From a virus (taxonomy: Duplodnaviria; Caudoviricetes), in IMG/VR virus record IMGVR_UViG_3300027754_000178, positions 1 through 43,330 of that record: 43,330 bases of DNA, one strand, 5' to 3'. The position numbers were made by a program, and so were the translations under genes. The notes under the pieces are model-generated. The model ran no database searches, had not been told where the DNA came from, and saw only the letters and a list, made by a program, of their open reading frames with translations. The first letter of the stretch is position 1. Every line of letters begins with the position of its first letter. Below, piece after piece: positions 19,911 to 29,508 of this stretch.

Positions 19911-20313
19911 ACTTAATCCTGATACAAATGGAATAAAAAAATATTCTTCCAATGACCCAGAATATAGGGCACTTGTGGAAAGAATGGAAAGAGAAAAGAA
20001 GGAAGAAGAAGAAAGGCTGAAGAACTCAAAAGATGCCTTCTTTGTTTATTATGTGATTGATTATTTTGCAACTGGTGAAGGTAGAACCATTTTTCTTTTC
20101 ATAGAAAGAAACTATGGTGATAGAGAAAGAATTCTTGAGAGTATCAAGGAAGATGTTGGTTCATTCTATTTCTGTGGAATAGAAGAGTTCAGTGAAGAAA
20201 GGTTCTTGAATGATTATTCAAATCTCCTTTCTGATAATATCAAGAGAATGATTGAGAAGAAGGATGTGCCGTTTATGTCTTTCAGTCAAATGTATCACTT
20301 CAACTATTCGTAA
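19903..20313 (+). CDS. hypothetical protein
   Basis: DYFATGEGRT...YHFNYS; coupled start. Confidence 0.7.
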   Translation: MTELNPDTNGIKKYSSNDPEYRALVERMEREKKEEEERLKNSKDAFFVYYVIDYFATGEGRTIFLFIERNYGDRERILESIKEDVGSFYFCGIEEFSEERFLNDYSNLLSDNIKRMIEKKDVPFMSFSQMYHFNYS

Positions 20314-20317
20314 GATT

Positions 20318-20515
20318 ATGCCTATTTTCCCTGATTGCTATGATGAATGGTCTCTCGTAAAGTATGTTTATGATGGAGACCATAAGACTTATTTTGATAT
20401 ACTCTTTGAGGGCACAGAAGAAGAGTGTCGTCAGTATGCTTACGATAACTATACTGATAAAGAACAAGGTGATATGTGCCTGATGGATTGGGAAGCAAGG
20501 GAGTGGGATGTATAG
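20318..20515 (+). CDS. hypothetical protein
   Basis: Start reassigned to ATG 20318. Confidence 0.6.
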   Translation: MPIFPDCYDEWSLVKYVYDGDHKTYFDILFEGTEEECRQYAYDNYTDKEQGDMCLMDWEAREWDV

Positions 20516-20594
20516 GACACTTGACGAACTGGCACAAGGACTTCCCAAATCCCCACCAGATGCCCTATAATACTCTCATAACCACAAAGGAATT

Positions 20595-20948
20595 ATGTTC
20601 TCCATCAAATTATCAGACTGTGATGTATGGGCAGGTAAAAGGGACATCTCTTATTTTGTAATGGATGATTCTTATTTTACCCTTACGAAAAAAGACATAA
20701 ACATCGTATTGAACTTTGGAGTTACTTCAAAACGGAAAAGAGTATTTTCATCTACTGACCAAATACGTCGTTCTCTCCGTAGTTGCAAGAAGGAAACAGT
20801 AAGTAATTCTGTTGTTTTATCACCCAAATTTAAGTGTGAAGTTTTGACGCAGGGGAATTCTTTGGGGAAGTTTAGTAACTATGTTGTTGTTGATTTGACA
20901 AACGATAATGAATATTCTCTTGATGATGTTCTAAATGGTCTTGTCTGA
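20595..20948 (+). CDS. hypothetical early protein
   Basis: AAGGA RBS after an early promoter. Confidence 0.7.
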   Translation: MFSIKLSDCDVWAGKRDISYFVMDDSYFTLTKKDINIVLNFGVTSKRKRVFSSTDQIRRSLRSCKKETVSNSVVLSPKFKCEVLTQGNSLGKFSNYVVVDLTNDNEYSLDDVLNGLV

Positions 20949-20958
20949 GGACACTTGA

Positions 20959-21387
20959 ATGGGATTGTATGATACATCTTGGGAAAATGACGAGGGAGAT
21001 AAAATTACCCTTATAGAGTTATTAAACTCAACAGAAAATATTCCAGTTTTAACAATATCTGTAAATAAATTAAAAAAATATTTACTAACTTGGAATGGGA
21101 ATAATGAAGAATTGGAAAAAATTGAAAAATCTGATTTACAATACCCAATATTAATATTTGTTGAAGATGATGGTTCTTATATTACAATAATAGACGGACA
21201 TCATAGAGTACATAAAGCAATTAAAAATAAGTTAGAGACAATTAAAGCAAAACTAATACCAATTAACTCACTTCCAAAAAATATGAGAAAGGTGTTTGGT
21301 GATATGGAAACAAACTTAAAAGACACTTTAAGAACTGGCACAAGAGCACTCCAATCCCCCTGTGGATGCCCTATAATACTCTCATAG
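20959..21387 (+). CDS. ParB/Srx-like nuclease domain protein
   Basis: YPILI...IIDGHHRVHKA; 3' end runs into the next promoter. Confidence 0.7.
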   Translation: MGLYDTSWENDEGDKITLIELLNSTENIPVLTISVNKLKKYLLTWNGNNEELEKIEKSDLQYPILIFVEDDGSYITIIDGHHRVHKAIKNKLETIKAKLIPINSLPKNMRKVFGDMETNLKDTLRTGTRALQSPCGCPIILS

Positions 21388-21400
21388 ACACAGACACCTG

Positions 21401-21658
21401 ATGAAACTCTTCCAATACGATAAAAAAGTTTGGGGTTATGAAACCTCTCATACTTGGCAGTTTGGTATTGTCAAGAATACTTCACTGCTTTGGGTGAATT
21501 ATGAAACTCCTGGTGGTATAGTTCATTCTGCTGGTGGTATTAACGTCTTGTTTTCTTTCTTCGGTAGTTCTCTTTTTGGTGTAAACCTTCAACAACAAAC
21601 ATTTAATTTTGGATTTCATTTTTTTACTGAATACTTTGAGGGATGGGGTGAAGAATGA
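21401..21658 (+). CDS. hypothetical early protein
   Basis: Follows an early promoter. Confidence 0.65.
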   Translation: MKLFQYDKKVWGYETSHTWQFGIVKNTSLLWVNYETPGGIVHSAGGINVLFSFFGSSLFGVNLQQQTFNFGFHFFTEYFEGWGEE

Positions 21659-21846
21659 CTTGTCATATTTCGTGTTATAATAATAAAACCAGAGAACTGG
21701 AACACTTTGTAGTTCCTGAACCAGTTTTTGTTTATATTCGTCAGTTAGAATGTGAAATCAATTATGGTCGGGGTGGTGTTCAAAAACTTTATCCTTTTAG
21801 ATTTGGTGGAAAGTTTGATGTGGAAGATTGGAAGGTAGAAAAATGA
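21655..21846 (+). CDS. hypothetical protein
   Basis: ATGA-coupled. Confidence 0.6.
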   Translation: MTCHISCYNNKTRELEHFVVPEPVFVYIRQLECEINYGRGGVQKLYPFRFGGKFDVEDWKVEK

Positions 21847-22022
21847 CTAACAATTTACCAGAACCTGATGATGCTCCGTGGCTCAATCTATCACAAGAAG
21901 AAGTGAATGATTTGAGAAAATCAAAGAAAGAATTAACAGAGTATGGTAGGGAGAAAATCCGAGCACTTGCAAAAAAGGGTATTTTGAAGTATGATGATGC
22001 ACTACGGAAACTTGCAGAATGA
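21843..22022 (+). CDS. hypothetical protein
   Basis: ATGA-coupled; start reassigned. Confidence 0.6.
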   Translation: MTNNLPEPDDAPWLNLSQEEVNDLRKSKKELTEYGREKIRALAKKGILKYDDALRKLAE

Positions 22023-22154
22023 CTGAACAAAACATCTATCTATCAAAAACACTAAAAGACCTTGAAAATATTTTGGTTTATTATAAATCCAATATGAGAC
22101 AAACTGAAAAAACTATTTCACTTATTGAAGAAGCAATTGAGGTAAAAAAACATT

Positions 22155-22706
22155 ATGACTGAACAACAACCTCTTGATATTATTGAAATCGGTGGTGTAA
22201 AATATCAACGAATAGAAGAACGGGTTCCCTTCCAGAAAGGTTATGAAGAAGCACAGAAAGATTATAAGGTAGGAGAGTTTCAACCAATTCTACAAGAACC
22301 AGAAGATAGTGAATGGAAATCTGTTGCTCTTCGTTTTGGTAGAAAACTTCCAGTAATTCTTCCATATTCTTATGATGAACTTTCTCCTGATGCTTGGTTT
22401 AGGTGGGCAGTATTTACTTATGATGAGTATAAATGCTATGGGGGCAAAATGACTAAAATGAAAACCAAAGCACAAGAAGTTCTCTATGCTTATATGGATG
22501 TGGAGAAATATAAATCTCAAAAACTCTGCAATATGGTAAGAGATAAACTTGGATATTCTATTGATTGTTGTGATGAGATTGTGGATTTGGTAGAGAAATG
22601 GTTGCCGAAAGAACAATCAGCAGAAGGAAGTCAAAATGTAAATACTGAATTGCTTGTAGATGGTTTCAACGATTGTGTGCGTAAAATGAAGGAGATGTTG
22701 CGATGA
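22155..22706 (+). CDS. hypothetical protein
   Basis: 183 aa ORF with GAGG RBS. Confidence 0.7.
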   Translation: MTEQQPLDIIEIGGVKYQRIEERVPFQKGYEEAQKDYKVGEFQPILQEPEDSEWKSVALRFGRKLPVILPYSYDELSPDAWFRWAVFTYDEYKCYGGKMTKMKTKAQEVLYAYMDVEKYKSQKLCNMVRDKLGYSIDCCDEIVDLVEKWLPKEQSAEGSQNVNTELLVDGFNDCVRKMKEMLR

Positions 22707-22930
22707 CTATTAGAGCAGAAAAAATCGTGAATGCTACTCTTGAACTTACTCTCCGTCCTCAAAGTGAAGACAGAAAAAAAGTTGTTGCCTGTGTTCTTCG
22801 TGAGGTAGTTGATTTACTCCAATACTATCAGTTTTGTGAAGAAGAAGGTGTAGAAGATATGGTACTTGATGCTCGTGCTATACTTGATGTTGCCGATGAG
22901 GTAGAAGCACTTCAAGAACTGGAACAATGA
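22703..22930 (+). CDS. hypothetical protein
   Basis: ATGA-coupled; ends inside a promoter palindrome. Confidence 0.65.
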   Translation: MTIRAEKIVNATLELTLRPQSEDRKKVVACVLREVVDLLQYYQFCEEEGVEDMVLDARAILDVADEVEALQELEQ

Positions 22931-22983
22931 CTTCCCAAAACCCCTCAATCCCTGTTATACTTACAAAGTAATCAACAAATCAA

Positions 22984-23217
22984 ATGTCTCCAAAAATTTC
23001 TATTGGTAAAGAAAAAGCAATTGAACTTTCTCTTACCGAATGGTGGAAAGAAAAGTCCTATCGTGAAATTGCAGAGTTTCAACTATTCACTACCGAACTT
23101 AGTTGCCCCTTTGTTGTATTTCACGAGGCAGTTGAGAAATCACTTGGTCGTCCAGTTTTCACTCACGAATTTGGACTGAATTATGATGGAATTTGTAAAG
23201 AGTTTCTGGGTGAATGA
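22984..23217 (+). CDS. hypothetical early protein
   Basis: FHEAVEKSLGRPVFTHEFG motif; follows an early promoter. Confidence 0.7.
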   Translation: MSPKISIGKEKAIELSLTEWWKEKSYREIAEFQLFTTELSCPFVVFHEAVEKSLGRPVFTHEFGLNYDGICKEFLGE

Positions 23218-23257
23218 ACCTACGAATGATTACCCTGATTACTAATGGAGAATCCAA

Positions 23258-23464
23258 ATGACTGACAATAAAATTTATGTTGCTCTACTGATTTTTGTTC
23301 TTGTTCTCTGCACTTTTGCGGGAATAGAGGAAGTAGGCACACGACAACAAAAAATGATTAACTATCAACGAGCACTTACTATCACAACTGAGTGTAGAGT
23401 TCAGACAAAACTAAATCCTGATGAGATTTGTGGTAAAATTCCTACTTGGGAGCAATACAAATGA
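23258..23464 (+). CDS. hypothetical membrane-anchored protein
   Basis: GGAG RBS; TM helix. Confidence 0.65.
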   Translation: MTDNKIYVALLIFVLVLCTFAGIEEVGTRQQKMINYQRALTITTECRVQTKLNPDEICGKIPTWEQYK

Positions 23465-23835
23465 TTAACTCAACCCCCATATTAGCAACTGATACTGAAA
23501 ATATCAAAATGAACTGGTGGCAGTATTTGTTTGGACACTGCTGGATGACAGGATGGCAGAGTATTCGTTCTAACTTTCGTATGTGGCAGGATTTGATGTC
23601 AGGAAACTGTGAGGTTTATGCACTACCCAGAACAGCAGAAGACCCAGAAGCAGAATGTATTGATTGGTTCTGGGCTTCACTGAATGAGGATGATGTTTAT
23701 CCCAAAGAGTTTCTTGAATACCTGATGCAGATGTCGCACGATGTAATGACAGGGAAGGTGGAAACTGTTCCACTTGATGATGATTTCTTTGATAGATTGA
23801 AAGACCTTACTGATGATGTGGAGTTGGATGATTAG
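23461..23835 (+). CDS. hypothetical protein
   Basis: ATGA-coupled. Confidence 0.65.
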   Translation: MINSTPILATDTENIKMNWWQYLFGHCWMTGWQSIRSNFRMWQDLMSGNCEVYALPRTAEDPEAECIDWFWASLNEDDVYPKEFLEYLMQMSHDVMTGKVETVPLDDDFFDRLKDLTDDVELDD

Positions 23836-23969
23836 AAAACCTGGATTTGAAGAGGCATCAAGAATGTTTCCTGGATGGAGTCCATCTATAATGAGGAGAA
23901 TGTTAGAAACTCCAGAAAAATGGGATGATAGAGACATTGCTAATATAAAAGAGTATATGAGGATTACCA

Positions 23970-24248
23970 ATGAATATAAATAAAAATCCAGAGTTTCCTT
24001 ACTCATTATTTCCATTTCGTTTGGAACATATGGAAGGAAAAGAATTGAAGGATAAGAAGACTTGCTACTTTGATAGTGAAGTCAATATGAAAAAATATAT
24101 CACTCGTAGTAATCTAAAAAAATCAGAATATCAATTTTATGTTAAAGAAGGATGTGGAAAATCTGGTGTAATGCCCTTGGCGAAAAAGCGTCAAACCACG
24201 ACAAGGAAGCAGACAAAATCGCAATCGTCAGAACCATCATCTTCTTGA
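23970..24248 (+). CDS. hypothetical protein
   Basis: FPY..FPFRLEH...KTCYF motif. Confidence 0.6.
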   Translation: MNINKNPEFPYSLFPFRLEHMEGKELKDKKTCYFDSEVNMKKYITRSNLKKSEYQFYVKEGCGKSGVMPLAKKRQTTTRKQTKSQSSEPSSS

Positions 24249-24358
24249 CGTATTTGATTACCAACTTATTCATTTGTGCAGGAGTAGTAAGACATTGGAA
24301 TGACACACCCAACACTAGACCCAACAACTCCGTGGTACAATCATCTAAGCTATTGTGA
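24152..24358 (+). CDS. hypothetical membrane protein
   Basis: MWKIWCNALGEKAS..D.EAD..A..R...VVRHW; AAGG RBS; overlaps the tail of the previous gene. Confidence 0.6.
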   Translation: MWKIWCNALGEKASNHDKEADKIAIVRTIIFLTYLITNLFICAGVVRHWNDTPNTRPNNSVVQSSKLL

Positions 24359-24447
24359 AACTACAAGAAGTTTGGGAATTGAATATTCACTTAATAAGTT
24401 TATACGTTATAATAACTATTACAAATCAGTATTAGAGGAGAAAAGTA

Positions 24448-24669
24448 ATGACAAGAACTCACAGAAATCTTGAAGGAATGCATAGGGGTGCGCTTAGATT
24501 TCCACACACAACAAAGGAAATCAGACAACTTGATGCGATTGTAAATGACCCAGAACTGAAAGATTACCCAGTATCAGGTCTAAATCATATGAAGTCACGG
24601 GAACACAATCTACCAACACGTTGGGATGACCTAGTAGTATCTGGATATGAGCAAATGGATTATAAGTAA
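24448..24669 (+). CDS. hypothetical phage protein
   Basis: GAGGAG RBS; R.P.TT.E...LPT.WDD motif. Confidence 0.7.
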   Translation: MTRTHRNLEGMHRGALRFPHTTKEIRQLDAIVNDPELKDYPVSGLNHMKSREHNLPTRWDDLVVSGYEQMDYK

Positions 24670-24906
24670 TGATATACAAAAAAACCATAGAAGAACGACT
24701 TTCTATCTTAGAAGAAGAAAATATAGCAAATACTAATGAAATCTATCGTCTTGCAAATATTATAGATTTTTTAGAAAGAAGAATTAAACAACTTGAAGAC
24801 CTTGTGGTGGGAGACGGTAAATAAACTGGCACAAGGGCAATGCTTTTGTCTAAAAATTATGCTATAATATACACACACTGAAATCAAAAACCTTATAATG
24901 TAAAAT

Positions 24907-25077
24907 ATGGAAAATCAAAAAGATTCGTTATCAATCACTGAAAATTCTGATGGCACATTCCTGATAGAATGGGATAAGAACGACCAGAAGTGGAACTGGT
25001 TGAATGGTAAGACATCAGAAGAAATTTCTGCTATGATGACAGAAGCAATCCAACTCGCACTGAAGGAAAATGACTGA
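24907..25077 (+). CDS. small hypothetical protein (56 aa, not in ORF track)
   Basis: MENQKDSLSITENSDGTFLIEWD... after an early promoter. Confidence 0.6.
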   Translation: MENQKDSLSITENSDGTFLIEWDKNDQKWNWLNGKTSEEISAMMTEAIQLALKEND

Positions 25078-25549
25078 TTATAAAAAATATTCACTAAAAC
25101 AACTTGAGAACTTTCTGTACGACGCAATGGGTGCCGCAGAAGCATCACCACAAGAAATCTATGATGTGATTAAAGGTGTTGTTGAGGACAACTATTATAC
25201 CTATAAACAGCAGACAGCAAATGCTTATGAACTTCTTGCATTGCTGAATGGTAATGGTAAGGGACATATCAAGGCGTATGATGATTGTATGCGTCCTTGG
25301 GGTCATAGTGATATGGAAGCACTTAGATATACGGAAGAAGAAATGAATGCAATGTGTGATGCTGCCAAAGCAAAAGATAAAGTCAAGAAGTGGGTTCTGC
25401 CGGTTGAAGTCAGTGATGACTTGGAAGATTATGTTGTTACTTTTCCCGATGATTTATTGGAAGCAGCAAATCTAAAAGAAGGCGATCAAATTGAATGGCA
25501 CGATCAAGGTGATGGTTCTTATCTACTCAAAAAGAAGGAGACAAAATGA
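25070..25549 (+). CDS. protein with a C-terminal AbrB/MazE/SpoVT-like DNA-binding domain
   Basis: VVTFPDDLLEAANLKEGDQIEW..QGDGSYLLKK. Confidence 0.7.
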   Translation: MTDYKKYSLKQLENFLYDAMGAAEASPQEIYDVIKGVVEDNYYTYKQQTANAYELLALLNGNGKGHIKAYDDCMRPWGHSDMEALRYTEEEMNAMCDAAKAKDKVKKWVLPVEVSDDLEDYVVTFPDDLLEAANLKEGDQIEWHDQGDGSYLLKKKETK

Positions 25550-25724
25550 TCAAAGTATCTTACCAGTATCCTGGGCATCCACAGACAAATCTGTTTGTGT
25601 TTCTGAAGACACAAGAACAAGTTGATGCCTTCAAGCAAAAGTATTCAAATTATATCTTTGTGTAATGGAGTTTCTAATACACTTACTGAAATGTGGAAAC
25701 TTTATTGATTGTCACGCTCGTGAA

Positions 25725-25753
25725 TTGACAAAATCACAAAGACCCACTACAAT
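25725..25753 (+). promoter_or_regulatory. sigma70-type promoter
   Basis: TTGACA-17 nt-TACAAT. Confidence 0.55.
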
Positions 25754-25837
25754 GTTGTGTAGATATTTCATAGAAAATCGTGTTAAACTTCCAGATTATT
25801 GTCTGGAACCCCCTGTACTTTATGATGACGCACCCTA

Positions 25838-26059
25838 ATGTCACTCTCTCAATCTGTTACTGAAAGTTTACAAGAAGCAGAATCTCATATGAGAAATGCA
25901 CTTGCATTTGCAGCTCGTCAAGAATCCCCTTATGTTTCTTGTGTGATTGCAGATATGATTTCCAAGTTAGATCAACTTATTCAAACTGATAAGTTTCTGG
26001 ATAAGGTTGAAGATATGATGAAAAAATATGAAGGAGGGGAAAATCCTTATGGAAAATGA
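25838..26059 (+). CDS. hypothetical protein
   Basis: MSLSQSV.ESL.EA...RNALAFAAR.E motif. Confidence 0.7.
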   Translation: MSLSQSVTESLQEAESHMRNALAFAARQESPYVSCVIADMISKLDQLIQTDKFLDKVEDMMKKYEGGENPYGK

Positions 26060-26462
26060 AATGAGCACTGGAGAACTGATTGATAGTTCTAAGTTTCAAG
26101 AAGAACTATCAAAGAAGAATACTCTGCTAGAAAGTCTCAACTCACCAGAAATGATAAAGATGCGAGAAGAACTTGCACAAGCACATAAAGATAGTATTGA
26201 TAAGTCTGTTGGATGGTATTACAATCTATCAGAAGAGGATAAGTATAAGGCAGTAGAAGCACTTTGCCATATTATATGTAAGGCAGAGCGTGAAGGAACT
26301 TCTCATCGGGGACTTCAATCTACTCTTGGTTTATATCCACAGGCATTTTGGATTGATGATTTGATGACCGTACATAATGCACTCTACACAGAGTTTCAAG
26401 AAAGAGAATCAAAAGAATGGAAACAAGATGTAGAAAACCTTAAGAATTCTTCATTATTATAG
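26049..26462 (+). CDS. hypothetical protein
   Basis: Start reassigned to ATG 26049. Confidence 0.65.
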   Translation: MENEMSTGELIDSSKFQEELSKKNTLLESLNSPEMIKMREELAQAHKDSIDKSVGWYYNLSEEDKYKAVEALCHIICKAEREGTSHRGLQSTLGLYPQAFWIDDLMTVHNALYTEFQERESKEWKQDVENLKNSSLL

Positions 26463-26499
26463 ATATTGTGTTAGAATGCTAACACATCATCAAGGAACT

Positions 26500-26676
26500 A
26501 TGACAATCTCCAGAACAAGCACAGAAGAACTCACAACAGAAGAATGGAATGAACTAAATGCACTTCGTGAGGCAATCACAGAATATCCACAATCAGTACA
26601 TCCAGAAAAACAAGCAAGATTTACTCAATTATTTGTAAAATCATTAGAAGGAAAGGCAGATAAGGCTTTGGTATAA
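26500..26676 (+). CDS. hypothetical protein
   Basis: AAGGA RBS before ATG 26500. Confidence 0.6.
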   Translation: MTISRTSTEELTTEEWNELNALREAITEYPQSVHPEKQARFTQLFVKSLEGKADKALV

Positions 26677-26679
26677 ATA
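26672..26679 (+). promoter_or_regulatory. T4-type late promoter
   Basis: TATAAATA. Confidence 0.7.
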
Positions 26680-26700
26680 TACCAGGGTCTTTTTTCTTTT

Positions 26701-27252
26701 ATGAAAACATTTCAAGAGTTTATTTCTGAAGCATCTAAAATATATCCAAGTTCTGTAAATCAGGTTGCTGTACGCGAGAAAGAAAAGAATAGAAGAACAG
26801 CTAGGGATGATATGTATTCACCACCAATGCGCACTCATGCCTCGGCACCAGCACCTGGTGGACCTGAACCTAGAAGAACTCCAGAGAGTAGGGCAGCAGC
26901 AGAAAGAGAAAGAAATCTACCAAATTCAACAAAACTACAAAGAACTAAAGAAGATATAGCACGTCAAGCAGAACTAGAAAATCAAGCACTTCATAATATT
27001 ACGGGTAATACTCCTCCACCTACCGAAGGAGAATCATCAGAAGATACAAATGAAAAACTTAGAAAAGAAAGAATACGCCGATATGGTTCTCTAAATCCTA
27101 TGAGACATAAGGATGAACCAGAAAAATATGCTCACGAGTTGCCACAACAAATACCAGCACGAAAACCACCTTCATCAACACCAAGACCAGCACCAGCAGC
27201 ACCAAGAAAAGTTAACAGAACTCCACCTGATGCTCCTATCAAAAAAGGTTGA
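26701..27252 (+). CDS. putative internal head protein (capsid-targeting N-terminus), disordered and Pro/Arg-rich
   Basis: MKTFQEFISE resembles the T4 IPII/IPIII targeting sequence MKTYQEFIAE; late promoter upstream. Confidence 0.65.
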   Translation: MKTFQEFISEASKIYPSSVNQVAVREKEKNRRTARDDMYSPPMRTHASAPAPGGPEPRRTPESRAAAERERNLPNSTKLQRTKEDIARQAELENQALHNITGNTPPPTEGESSEDTNEKLRKERIRRYGSLNPMRHKDEPEKYAHELPQQIPARKPPSSTPRPAPAAPRKVNRTPPDAPIKKG

Positions 27253-27258
27253 TTGAAA

Positions 27259-28059
27259 ATGATAAACGAAGCAAGAAAGAGAGATCATTTAGCAAATGCT
27301 GTTTTGGCATTATCATTTGCTGCGAATGCTGCACAATCCAAAGAACATTTAGTTCAAAGTGGTAAGATTGAATCTACTGGTATGGCAGCTATGTCCAGGA
27401 CTATGGAAACTAGACGTAAAGCTAATAAAAATCTAGATAGTCCAAGAGTATCTGAACCAGCAAGAAATCGTAAGAAGAAAACTTTTGAAGAGTTTGTTAC
27501 TGAAGCATATTTGATTGAAAAAACTTTTTCAAGTAGAGCAGAACTTGAAACACATTATGGAGGAGTTCCAGCAGGGATGGTTGCTAATAATGCAGCAAGT
27601 AGTGAAAATCCAAAATGGAGACTTGTAACAGCAGCAAATAGAAAAGCACAAGCACAAAGAAGAGCAGATGCTATCAAATCATTAAACACAGACGATGAAC
27701 GTGAGGCAGCAAAACGCAAATCGCAACGTGCAACAAGAAGAGGATATGAAGCACATCATATTACTCCAATACATCATTCTGCTAAACTCAAATCATCTAT
27801 GAGTGATGCGGAGTGGGAACAAAGAAAAGCAGAAGATGCTAAAGATGGAATATATCACGGACATCATCCCAAAAATATAATGCACACAAAAGGAAAAAAT
27901 ACTCCTGAGAATGCTCCTGGTGTTCCTCATAGAGCAGGTGGAGCACACGAAATTGAAGGTAAAGTAAAAGATATTGTAACTAATTCAAAAATTAGTTATA
28001 GAGATTTACTTGCCGCAGCAATTAAAAAGAAAAGGCAAGCAGCAAGAAAAAATAAATAA
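27259..28059 (+). CDS. putative internal head protein with an HNH-like C-terminal domain
   Basis: Internal KTFEEFVTE; YEAHHITPI...GHHPKNI...H...H. Confidence 0.55.
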   Translation: MINEARKRDHLANAVLALSFAANAAQSKEHLVQSGKIESTGMAAMSRTMETRRKANKNLDSPRVSEPARNRKKKTFEEFVTEAYLIEKTFSSRAELETHYGGVPAGMVANNAASSENPKWRLVTAANRKAQAQRRADAIKSLNTDDEREAAKRKSQRATRRGYEAHHITPIHHSAKLKSSMSDAEWEQRKAEDAKDGIYHGHHPKNIMHTKGKNTPENAPGVPHRAGGAHEIEGKVKDIVTNSKISYRDLLAAAIKKKRQAARKNK

Positions 28060-28072
28060 TCAAAAAAGATAT

Positions 28073-28534
28073 ATGAAAACCTTTCAAGAGTTTATTTTAG
28101 AATGTTATGAAATTTCTGAAGGAAGTGCAATCGCAGGGAGACTTGCTGATTTAGCACAAAGCAAAGTAAATAAATTATTTCAAGGAAATAGGCAGTGGGA
28201 TCCAAATAGAGCAAAAATACAAACATTAACAAGAATTGCTGATCTTGCTCGTGCAAGAAGTCTTGATAAACCAGAACCAAAGTATGCGGGAATGACTCTA
28301 CCACCACCTGGAGGTGGAGGAAAACCTGCTGATTTACCTCCAAGAAGGCCAATTAATAGCAGAGGTGGTTCTGGATTGGATACTGACCCAGAAAGAGATA
28401 GAGGAAATAAAGATCAAAGACTTTTAGATTTTGTTAATGTTAAAAGAGATAGTCCAAATATGAATCCTAAAGAACAAGAACAAAGAAATAAAATCAGAGA
28501 AATAGAATCAAATAAAAAAAGAAGAAATAAATAA
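28073..28534 (+). CDS. putative internal head protein
   Basis: MKTFQEFILE..EISE; ATAAATA upstream; start reassigned to 28073. Confidence 0.65.
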   Translation: MKTFQEFILECYEISEGSAIAGRLADLAQSKVNKLFQGNRQWDPNRAKIQTLTRIADLARARSLDKPEPKYAGMTLPPPGGGGKPADLPPRRPINSRGGSGLDTDPERDRGNKDQRLLDFVNVKRDSPNMNPKEQEQRNKIREIESNKKRRNK

Positions 28535-28552
28535 TCAAAAAATACAGGTATG

Positions 28553-28560
28553 TATAAATA
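28553..28560 (+). promoter_or_regulatory. T4-type late promoter
   Basis: TATAAATA. Confidence 0.7.
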
Positions 28561-28579
28561 ACTAAAAAGTAGTTGTAAG

Positions 28580-29425
28580 ATGAACTCACAAGACTTCCGC
28601 AATCTTCAAGAATCATATATGGCAGTATATGATAATGGTATTAGAGAAAAATTTGAATTTAAGTCTTGGGTAAATAATCTTCTTGAAGAAGGATATGACC
28701 TGAGTGATTATACTTGGGATGAGTTGTATGAGCACTATAATCAACTTGATGAAGGTAAACTTCCATTAGATAAACAAAGAAGAACTAAAATTGGCAATCA
28801 AATTGGAAAAAGGCTTCAAAGTTCTGGATCAGAAATTATTGGTTCTGGAAGTGCATTTATGCCAAAAGGTATTCGTAATAACTTAAGACAAAGTGCTGCA
28901 AAAAAAGTTGGGGAAGTGAAAAAAATGATGGGTGCATTGAAATCAGCACAAAAAGAATCTTATGACCTCTACGACATCATTCTCTCACATCTTTTAGATG
29001 AAGGTTATGCTGATACTCAAGAACAAGCAGAAGTTATTATGGTGAATATGAGTGAAGATTGGAGAGATAGTATTTGTGAAGGGTATGTTCCTCTTCGTAC
29101 ATCAGATGATCGTTATGATGATGAAGGTTTCCCAACAACAACTAGAAGTTGGTCTAACAAAATGACAGATGCTAGAATTAGGGTTGGAAAAGTAAATGAT
29201 AGATCAAGAAAAAATAGTGGTGACCCAATTAAAAATTTAACCCAAGGAGTTTCTGCTAAAAAAAGACTTGATGCTATGAAAGAAGTTGATGATGAACCAG
29301 AAAGTGTAAGAGCAAACAGAAGTCAAGAAAAAGCAGCAGCAAATAGACAACTTGGGGCAAATAGAAGAAGTCTTCAAACATCTTTGGATAGAGAACATCT
29401 CACCAAAAGTTTGAAGTCTAGTTAA
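28580..29425 (+). CDS. late protein of alternating acidic 'LLxEGY' modules and basic segments
   Basis: LQESY, LLEEGYDLSDYTWDEL, SHLLDEGYADT..A..IM.NMSE.W modules each ending in [LI]xE before a K/R-rich stretch. Confidence 0.65.
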   Translation: MNSQDFRNLQESYMAVYDNGIREKFEFKSWVNNLLEEGYDLSDYTWDELYEHYNQLDEGKLPLDKQRRTKIGNQIGKRLQSSGSEIIGSGSAFMPKGIRNNLRQSAAKKVGEVKKMMGALKSAQKESYDLYDIILSHLLDEGYADTQEQAEVIMVNMSEDWRDSICEGYVPLRTSDDRYDDEGFPTTTRSWSNKMTDARIRVGKVNDRSRKNSGDPIKNLTQGVSAKKRLDAMKEVDDEPESVRANRSQEKAAANRQLGANRRSLQTSLDREHLTKSLKSS

Positions 29426-29426
29426 A

Positions 29427-29484
29427 GACCACTTCCCAAACTGGCACAAGACCCCTCCCAAGGGGTCTTTTTTTGTGCTATAAT
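29427..29484 (+). promoter_or_regulatory. Early promoter with an embedded terminator (29450-29474)
   Basis: GACCACT..ACTGGCACA, GACCCCT-CCCA-AGGGGTC-T7, TGCTATAAT. Confidence 0.75.
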
Positions 29485-29508
29485 TACAGAGTAATCAAAG
29501 CACACACT

